Shown piece by piece: positions 6,990 through 12,379 of a stretch of DNA of 12,379 nucleotides. The notes below the pieces were generated by a model that made no database searches, was not told the DNA's origin, and saw only the letters and a program-made list of their open reading frames with translations. The DNA is from Pseudomonadota bacterium. Lineage in GTDB: Bacteria; Bdellovibrionota; Bdellovibrionia; Bdellovibrionales; Bdellovibrionaceae. Both the position numbers and the translations under genes were made by a program. Every line of letters begins with the position of its first letter. Positions within the stretch are counted from its first letter, which is position 1. Location of the stretch: NCBI GenBank assembly GCA_041178425.1, contig JBEGVH010000004.1, positions 1-12,379 on the forward strand, written 5' to 3'.

Positions 6990-9482
6990 CTAAAAGGGAT
7001 AGTTGGAAGGATTGTAGCAGCTCCAGCTAGCTTGGTTAGCTACAGAATGACACCAACCACCGGTGGCCTTATTGGCACAGGTGACTTGGACACTGGTGCT
7101 GATGATAAAATTGCATTCGGAATAGTTAGCATTGGGCCATCCAGTCGGTTGGTTACATGACCAGCCATCAATTCCCGGAATAGTGTAGCACCACTTACCA
7201 TCCGAGACACGAATGCACCCTTGAATAACGTAAGTGCTGCCGAGAGCTCCTGAACACTTGATATTTGCAGAAGCAGCAGTGGTTTGTACGGAGCCATCAG
7301 GAAATTTAATGCCACCCGAGGTGCTCTCAATAACACCGGCAACGGTAAGTGAAGAAGATGGCGTTGTCGTTCCAATCCCAACATTTCCGTTTGGATAATT
7401 AATTGAAGCACTCTGGCCTGCGACCCACTGTGGTGTATAACCAGATTTATCCCCAGGTGAGCTCGTGACTAAGCAGATTAAAGGTTTGGAAATCCCGCAT
7501 CCAAACCCGCCCGCGGCCCAGCGACTCGGGCCAGTAGTTGCTACTCCCCATACCCCCATGTAGGTACCAGTCTCTCCAATAGTCCAACCGTTGCAATCGC
7601 TACTGTTCGCTGGCGCTGTGTTATCAGTTCTGGCTGAGGTGTTTGGCCAATAAGTACTTGGGCCTGGGACGCCACTAGGATAGCCACCACGACCACTCCA
7701 ATAACTTGGAGATGATGTTGAACTAGAAAGGTAATCGGGGCCACCCCAATCGTTATTATCGTTGGGCCCGAGGCCCCCTGAGTCTGCCAAAAAACTGGCT
7801 CCACCGGTCTTCGTATCTCCGGATACTGCAAAGAAGTAACGAGTGTTTGGACTAGCATTATTGCAATTGGCATTATCACAAAGCCAGGCTTTAACTGTAG
7901 ATGAGGTTAGATTGGCATTGTTTTTCCCGAGCCAATTATTGGCCTTTAAGTCTTCGAGACAAAAAGAATCTGCTCCAGAAAGGCCCCCCATATTTCCCTT
8001 GGTAGTAGCCTTTGTAAGAACGAAGTAATTTCCATTGCCCGAACTCTTTGGCTCAATAGGCATGCCATTGATAGAGATGGATGAAGCATTGATTGCACCA
8101 TTAACATCAAGTTGATAACTAGGGGTAATTGTCCCAATCCCCACTTTACCAGCCGAGGTAATTGTCAGCCGCTCTTGTCGCGAATTGGCGTTGGTGGGTG
8201 ATGTTGAAAATGATATGCGCTGAGGGGCATTGCCAACCGATACGCTGCCATCAACTCTAAAATCAATGAGGGCTGTTCCTTGGGTGTTTGCTCCGTCAAA
8301 GATAGCGCCAAGAAAGCTGAGGACCTGATCGTTCTCATCGGGTACCTCGGGTATTGCAAGCGTTCCGCGAGCACGAACCCCTTTAAATACGGGGCGGTCC
8401 CCAATCAAGTTGGAAGCGGCGACCAAGGATAGACCTGGAGCTGTGTCTTGATAGGAAAGTATAAGTTTATCCGTTGTTAAAAGATGAGAGTCTACCGTAT
8501 TACCATCCGATAAATGTAAAGTTCCGGCAGGAGCTGTCGTCCCCAAGCCAACACTGCCCGTTGAATACGAAATATTGTTGCCATTGGTGGTCCATGGTGA
8601 GCTGCTGTTATTCGAGTTTTCCGCAGCTGTCACGTTGGACCAAAACATTCCCCCGGTGCCATCGCTCGTGAGCACTTGCCCGTTGGAGCCTTTGCTGGTG
8701 GGTAGGGATAGAGAGTAGCTGGTAAAGGTGGTCGAAGGTGCGATGAGAGTCACTTGTGGCTGCAGGCCGGTGCTTCCGCCAATGGTCACCGAGTTTCCAC
8801 TGACGGAGGAAGAAGCCTTTGCGTATTTTGAGGATGTGCCGTTGATGAGATCGAGGAACGCAGTAAAGTTATCGAGGTTCATGGCGTAGTTACTACTTCC
8901 CAAATTCGCAGCTCCCACGGAGTTATCCACACGTAAGACTTGTTGGCTTGGAATTCCTGCAACAGACATGGTGTCCATCGAAGAAGGTGTTTGGGTAATT
9001 TCAATTCCTGGTAGTGTTTGCACCCCAGAGCCATCATTGAAAGAAACATTTAGGTACAAGCTATCGCCAGCTTGTTTAACGTAACCACCAGAGCATTGGG
9101 TGAGGTGCGGGTAAATTAAATTAGTACTAAATATTCTATCGAGGGCCGTCGAACTCGCATCCGTTCGAACTCCTCTGCCAATGATCACATTAAATACACC
9201 CTTCGTCGCCGAGAGATCCACCGTGTGTCGTTCTGAGTACATCACACAGGTGCTCGCTCCACTCTGAGGCCCAGTGATTTGTAAATTCAGTTCAACAGCC
9301 GATGCCGTGACCGGCGTGCCATCCGGATTAAGAATGCGACCTTGATACGTGAAACCAGCGTTTGCAGCAAAAGATTTGAGATTGAAGCCTAATACTGAAA
9401 AAAGAATGAAAAACCAAAAACACAGAGTTTTTAGCGATCCCTTGAAATTGTTTTTAAGGGCGAACAAGGCACTTATAATCAT
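6990..9482 (-). CDS. Secreted mosaic phage-tail-fibre-like adhesin (Bdellovibrio MAT / 'cell wall surface anchor' type)
   Basis: 830 aa; signal peptide ending SFA|A. The N-domain FTYQGRILNPDGTP...CVMYSERHTVDLSATKGVFNVIIGRG resembles the conserved N-terminus of Bdellovibrio fibre proteins. Fibre motifs: LPTSKGSNGQVLTSDGTGGMFW, three G[SKN]VG[LI]GT..P repeats (~8540-8560, 8121-8150, 7359-7388), RARGT...ERLTI and GGIKFPDGSVQTTA. Internal GNMGGLSGADSFC (DUF1554-like) module; Cys-rich C-terminus; no S74 chaperone seen. Confidence 0.82.
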   Translation of the reverse strand: MIISALFALKNNFKGSLKTLCFWFFILFSVLGFNLKSFAANAGFTYQGRILNPDGTPVTASAVELNLQITGPQSGASTCVMYSERHTVDLSATKGVFNVIIGRGVRTDASSTALDRIFSTNLIYPHLTQCSGGYVKQAGDSLYLNVSFNDGSGVQTLPGIEITQTPSSMDTMSVAGIPSQQVLRVDNSVGAANLGSSNYAMNLDNFTAFLDLINGTSSKYAKASSSVSGNSVTIGGSTGLQPQVTLIAPSTTFTSYSLSLPTSKGSNGQVLTSDGTGGMFWSNVTAAENSNNSSSPWTTNGNNISYSTGSVGLGTTAPAGTLHLSDGNTVDSHLLTTDKLILSYQDTAPGLSLVAASNLIGDRPVFKGVRARGTLAIPEVPDENDQVLSFLGAIFDGANTQGTALIDFRVDGSVSVGNAPQRISFSTSPTNANSRQERLTITSAGKVGIGTITPSYQLDVNGAINASSISINGMPIEPKSSGNGNYFVLTKATTKGNMGGLSGADSFCLEDLKANNWLGKNNANLTSSTVKAWLCDNANCNNASPNTRYFFAVSGDTKTGGASFLADSGGLGPNDNNDWGGPDYLSSSTSSPSYWSGRGGYPSGVPGPSTYWPNTSARTDNTAPANSSDCNGWTIGETGTYMGVWGVATTGPSRWAAGGFGCGISKPLICLVTSSPGDKSGYTPQWVAGQSASINYPNGNVGIGTTTPSSSLTVAGVIESTSGGIKFPDGSVQTTAASANIKCSGALGSTYVIQGCIRVSDGKWCYTIPGIDGWSCNQPTGWPNANYSECNFIISTSVQVTCANKATGGWCHSVANQASWSCYNPSNYPF
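6996..7256 (-). repeat. Protein-level tandem repeat (2 x ~40 aa, Cys/Trp-rich) at the fibre C-terminus
   Basis: aa 743-783 CSGALGSTYVIQGCIRVSDGKWCYTIPGIDGWSCNQPTGWP and aa 790-829 CNFIISTSVQVTCANKATGGWCHSVANQASWSCYNPSNYP share C-x11/12-C-x5-G-x-W-C-x8-W-S-C-x2-P-x2-[WY]-P. Confidence 0.8.
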
Positions 9483-9490
9483 TCAATTAT

Positions 9491-9518
9491 TTATCGGAAC
9501 AAGTGGTGTTGTTGTGTA
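9491..9518 (-). promoter_or_regulatory. Putative sigma28 (FliA)-type promoter of the fibre gene, probably leaderless
   Basis: The minus strand reads TACA-N16-TCCGATAA (consensus TAAA-N15-GCCGATAA). The -10 box ends 8 nt before the ATG at 9482 and there is no SD. The -35 match is weak. Confidence 0.55.
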
Positions 9519-9544
9519 GGTTCTTAAATGAAAATGGAAAAGTT

Positions 9545-9557
9545 TCTCATTTTGAGA
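9545..9557. promoter_or_regulatory. Palindrome TCTCA-N3-TGAGA, candidate transcription-factor site
   Basis: TCTCATTTTGAGA lies about 27 bp upstream of the putative sigma28 -35 element of the fibre gene. Confidence 0.4.
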
Positions 9558-9648
9558 GATCACCCCTGGACCCAAACAAGAGAGGTTGTTTTAACTATAG
9601 CTCAATTTGGTACAGGACCCTGATTGGACTTTAAAGTAAATTGAATGA

Positions 9649-9696
9649 CCGCGGCGCTACCGCTACCTATCATGATAAACAGCGGTAGTAACACGG
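9649..9696 (-). other. Long strand-specific RNA hairpin (possible sRNA, leader or stabilising element)
   Basis: Minus-strand RNA CCGUG-UUA-CUACCGCU-GUU-UAU-CAUG-AUA-GGU-AGCGGUAG-CGC-CGCGG gives a 14-bp inner stem with 3 G-U pairs and a 5-bp outer stem with 1 G-U. The wobbles become A-C mismatches on the + strand. Confidence 0.5.
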
Positions 9697-9764
9697 ATTA
9701 TAATAAGAATAAAAGTGAACAAAATCATTTGTATCGTCGAAATTCAAAAAGCTCCTCGAGTCGC

Positions 9765-10640
9765 TTATCTAAACCTATTCTTGTATTGGCATTTCTGACA
9801 AAGAGGTTCGATCGCCTTGTTTTTGGAAAAGCCTTCGAGAATCGATTTCGCTCGGGGGGAATTCAAGATTTCGGAGAGATGAGTCTCAAAGGCCGAACCC
9901 AAATTGATCACGGCCTCTTTATCGAGACAGCAGGGAACCACTGTTCCTTCGGTGAGAATTGCTAATTGATTTTTGAGGCCATAGCAAAAGCCGTCGCTCA
10001 CGGATGAAACCGAATTAAGACTGGGCCATTCAAATTGGGTGTCAAAATGAAGCTTAATATGCCGATCGAGTCGGTAAGACTTTTTCTCTCGCACCTCGAT
10101 ATGCGCGGGCAGCTCGGGCTCAATAAAGAGTGTCCTTAGCTCATCGTAAATGCGGTCATGACGTTCTTGAAGCAATTGATCTTTTGCGGGCAAATCCCAG
10201 AGGCGAAAATTAACAAAAGATTCCGGAGATCTCGATACAAAATCTTTGGCAAACTGGCTGAGTTTTTCAAGATAGGGGCGAATCTCTTTGTCGGGAAAGT
10301 TATCAAAAAAACTATGAACGCTAAAGTTTACTTGTTTGATTGTGGGGGCGTTCAATAGCAATTCACGGTGCCGATCTAATAATAACCCATTGCTGGTTAA
10401 AATCAGAGGAACATTTTCTTCTTCTAGGATTCGCAAGAACTCAGGGAAGCTTGGATGAGCGAGTGGCTCTCCCATCACGTGCAGTGTGACGGCCTTGGCG
10501 ACAGGTTTCACTTCTCGAATCACGCGTTTAAAATGTTGGGGTGACATCATTTTTTTCGGGCGCAAGACCTCGGGGCAAAAGCTACATTGCAAATTACAGA
10601 TATTACTGATTTCTATATAAACTCGATCGAAGCGACTCAT
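9765..10640 (-). CDS. Radical SAM protein with C-terminal SPASM/Twitch-type auxiliary Fe-S domain, function unknown
   Basis: YIEISNICNLQCSFC (CX3CX2C), HVMGEPLAHP, LTSNG, NFSVHS; C-terminal GFCYGL...GTVVPCC...LGS...LCQKC. The start overlaps the methyltransferase stop (ATGA, 10637-10640). Confidence 0.9.
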   Translation of the reverse strand: MSRFDRVYIEISNICNLQCSFCPEVLRPKKMMSPQHFKRVIREVKPVAKAVTLHVMGEPLAHPSFPEFLRILEEENVPLILTSNGLLLDRHRELLLNAPTIKQVNFSVHSFFDNFPDKEIRPYLEKLSQFAKDFVSRSPESFVNFRLWDLPAKDQLLQERHDRIYDELRTLFIEPELPAHIEVREKKSYRLDRHIKLHFDTQFEWPSLNSVSSVSDGFCYGLKNQLAILTEGTVVPCCLDKEAVINLGSAFETHLSEILNSPRAKSILEGFSKNKAIEPLCQKCQYKNRFR

Positions 10641-11785
10641 TTTTTCTTTAACACCGCAAGTATTTCAATGTGAGGAGTATGGGGGAATTGATCCAGACCC
10701 TGTACTTCAGTAATCACATAACCTCTCTTCTTTAGTCGTCCGGCATCGTGAATAAAAGTATCGAGACTACACGAAACATAGATAATTTCACGCGGAAATC
10801 CAAATTGTCCAACAAACATGTCTATTTTGCTAAAACCATCGCGAGGTGGATCCAAAAATAAATAATCAGGGAATGGGCACTCCGCTTTTAAAAGCTTCCA
10901 GTCGCTTGGTTTAAAAAGATTGGCCTCAACAACCGTGCATGGGCCGCCGAGATCGCGGGAGCGCAGTTTCTTGAGCCCTTCGCTGGCAATATCTACCGCA
11001 ACAAAATTCTGAAGCCCCTGAGCCGCAATCACTTCGGTGAAGTTTCCAGAACCGCAGCAGAGCTCGATGGCGCTTCCCTGGGCCCAGTGATGAGTTTTCT
11101 CACGAACCCATGCCTTCATCCGGTGATTTTGCTGAGAGTTGCCTTGGCGAAAGGGACGACGCTTGTTAGGAACGACATCCTCCAACTTGGTTTCATCATC
11201 GAGATCAACATATGACCAGTGATGGGGCGGGGTGGGGCGCCAGGGGTCTTGAGGCATGGTTCTTAGGACTTGGCTTAGAAGATCTCGCAAGGGTTTGTTG
11301 AGAATCAGGCAATCATTGATGGGCGCAATCACCTGACTGAAGCGGCTAACAAAACCCAGAATGTCGCCGTCGGTTTTAAATTGTGCTCGATTTCGAAATC
11401 CAAAGACAGACTCACTTTCCCAAACGGGGGGGATATCATCATTCTCGGGCCATAGCCGATCCCGGTGAAGTGCATGAGTTAGCATATGACGTTTGTAGGA
11501 GAGCTGTTTCTGGTAACTTAGGCCCATCCAGGGGCAACCGCCACAGAGTCCTTCTTTGATGCCGGCATGGGCGCAGGGTGGGGTGATGCGCTCAGGGGAT
11601 TCTTCGATCATTTTTACAAGGCGGGCATATCCATATCGCTCTTTGAGATGAACCACTTCAAAAAGGCCAAGATCACCGGGAAAAGTGCCTAGCACAAAAA
11701 ACACTAAGTTATCGGGATGATCGACAACACCGTAACCTTCAACAGATATATCTCGGACTCGGCCTTGAAATTGGTTTCCTATCAT
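10637..11785 (-). CDS. rlmD: RlmD/RumA-family (TrmA superfamily) SAM-dependent m5U RNA methyltransferase, compact form
   Basis: TRAM-like N-terminus; Fe-S cysteines CAHAGIKEGLCGGC and INDCLIL; FRNRAQF; FRQGN; ELCCGSGNF (SAM binding); LDPPRDG; catalytic YVSC; DQFPHTPHIE. The exact RNA target cannot be determined from sequence. Confidence 0.85.
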   Translation of the reverse strand: MIGNQFQGRVRDISVEGYGVVDHPDNLVFFVLGTFPGDLGLFEVVHLKERYGYARLVKMIEESPERITPPCAHAGIKEGLCGGCPWMGLSYQKQLSYKRHMLTHALHRDRLWPENDDIPPVWESESVFGFRNRAQFKTDGDILGFVSRFSQVIAPINDCLILNKPLRDLLSQVLRTMPQDPWRPTPPHHWSYVDLDDETKLEDVVPNKRRPFRQGNSQQNHRMKAWVREKTHHWAQGSAIELCCGSGNFTEVIAAQGLQNFVAVDIASEGLKKLRSRDLGGPCTVVEANLFKPSDWKLLKAECPFPDYLFLDPPRDGFSKIDMFVGQFGFPREIIYVSCSLDTFIHDAGRLKKRGYVITEVQGLDQFPHTPHIEILAVLKKK

Positions 11786-11899
11786 TATTTGACCCTGCGA
11801 AAGGCAAGTTCATAGCAAAACTCCCCCCGCCCAAGGTACTTTTTTTAAAAGGGAGTTTGGTCTTTTGGGAAAATTTCACGAACAACCGCTTTTGGCGTA

Positions 11900-12274
11900 T
11901 CACTTTTTGTTCTGAAACTCCTGAGCTTTAAAAAGATAGGTATATTCTACTGTGGTCGTTGTGAATCGAGGCCCCTTTGGGAATCGCATCCCTTTGAGCT
12001 GGTCGATGATCATGCCGTTGACGAGATCATTGTGAAGGGTGTCGTGCTCTATCGTAATATTCTCAGGCATGCCCTTATCGTTGACCGTCCATTGAACGGT
12101 CACATAGGCCTCTTTGATGTCTTTGAGAGTGACCATTTTTGTGAGCTGATTTGGCAAATCGCCACGATTTTGAAGATAGAAATCGACCGTCCCCTGAGCG
12201 TCTGAACCCCTCTTGTGACTAATAGCGCAACCAGCAAACAAGAGGCTGAGGGTAAAAATAAGTATTGTCTTCAT
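11900..12274 (-). CDS. Lipoprotein with TonB C-terminal-like / AgmX-PglI C-terminal-like domain
   Basis: ATG 12274 with a GAAAGGA SD is preferred over GTG 12304. MKTILIFTLSLLFAG|C lipobox. VTVQWTVNDKG...IEHDTL.N..V...I...L....FPK......VEYTYLF matches the AgmX/PglI (TonB_C-like) pattern. Confidence 0.7.
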   Translation of the reverse strand: MKTILIFTLSLLFAGCAISHKRGSDAQGTVDFYLQNRGDLPNQLTKMVTLKDIKEAYVTVQWTVNDKGMPENITIEHDTLHNDLVNGMIIDQLKGMRFPKGPRFTTTTVEYTYLFKAQEFQNKK

Positions 12275-12296
12275 GGGCGTCCTTTCGCAGATTGAA

Positions 12297-12311
12297 AATC
12301 TCACTGAGATT
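12297..12311. promoter_or_regulatory. Palindrome AATCTCA-C-TGAGATT in the divergent lipoprotein/icd intergenic region
   Basis: Perfect 7-1-7 inverted repeat between two divergent start codons (12274 on -, 12350 on +). Confidence 0.35.
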
Positions 12312-12349
12312 GTAGTACAACAACCGAGTAAGAATTATAAGAGGTGAAT

Positions 12350-12379
12350 ATGAAAAAAATTAAAGTGGCTCAGCCAGTA
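12350..12379 (+). CDS. icd: 5' end (partial) of probable NADP-dependent isocitrate dehydrogenase
   Basis: Strong SD TAAGAGGTGA (12338-12347), then MKKIKVAQPV, which matches the N-terminus of eukaryote-like dimeric NADP-IDH (KIKVxNPVVELDGDEMTR). Only 10 codons are visible. Confidence 0.65.
   Translation, partial: MKKIKVAQPV

Noticed and set aside
7040..8671. Overlapping ORFs within the fibre gene (7040-7411, 7541-7879, 7843-8028, 7946-8137, 8165-8404, 8474-8671)
   Set aside because: The main 830-aa frame is continuous and motif-rich, so there is no sign of a frameshift; shadow ORFs.
5859..9482. Prophage remnant
   Set aside because: Both fibre-like genes have Sec-type signal peptides, and no integrase, capsid, tail or lysis genes are present.
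9663..9728. 21-aa hydrophobic minus-strand ORF MILFTFILIIIRVTTAVYHDR as a type I toxin
   Set aside because: No SD at a usable distance (GAGGAG is 23 nt upstream); the hydrophobicity is explained by T-rich DNA.
6990..9764. Diversity-generating retroelement acting on the lectin-like or tip domain
   Set aside because: No reverse transcriptase and no template/variable repeat pair differing at adenines is visible in the window. A remote DGR cannot be excluded.
9645..9965. 106-aa + strand ORF; also 10158-10358 (+)
   Set aside because: Antisense to the radical SAM gene, with no SD or recognisable motif.
11818..11858. Inverted repeat AAACTCCC...GGGAGTTT as a terminator
   Set aside because: 25-nt spacer and no well-placed U-tract; weak support.

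Overview
A 12.4-kb bacterial window, most likely from a Bdellovibrionota-like predator. This is inferred from the fibre N-terminal domain, an AgmX/PglI-type lipoprotein and a sigma28-type leaderless promoter. In order it holds: (1) a tightly coupled Cu(I)/Ag(I) RND efflux operon (TolC-family OMF, CusB-like adaptor, CusA), whose ribosome-binding site is buried in a 16-bp hairpin and whose adaptor appears to lack the whole lipoyl domain; (2) a convergent pair of secreted, phage-fibre-like proteins: a 367-aa protein with a small Cys-rich N-domain and a glycine-rich (polyglycine-II-like) domain with Tyr-rich loops, and an 830-aa mosaic fibre with a MAT-like N-terminus, GxVGIGT repeats, an internal DUF1554/endostatin-like module and an unrecognised Cys/Trp tandem-repeat tip; (3) a structured intergenic region with a strand-specific hairpin and a possible small peptide ORF; (4) an RlmD-like RNA methyltransferase coupled to a radical SAM/Twitch protein; (5) a TonB-C/AgmX-PglI-like lipoprotein; (6) the first 10 codons of a probable NADP isocitrate dehydrogenase. 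The best candidates for new biology are the fibre plus Gly-rich adhesin pair, the lipoyl-less CusB and the RBS-sequestering cus leader. All family assignments come from motif recognition by eye; no searches were run.
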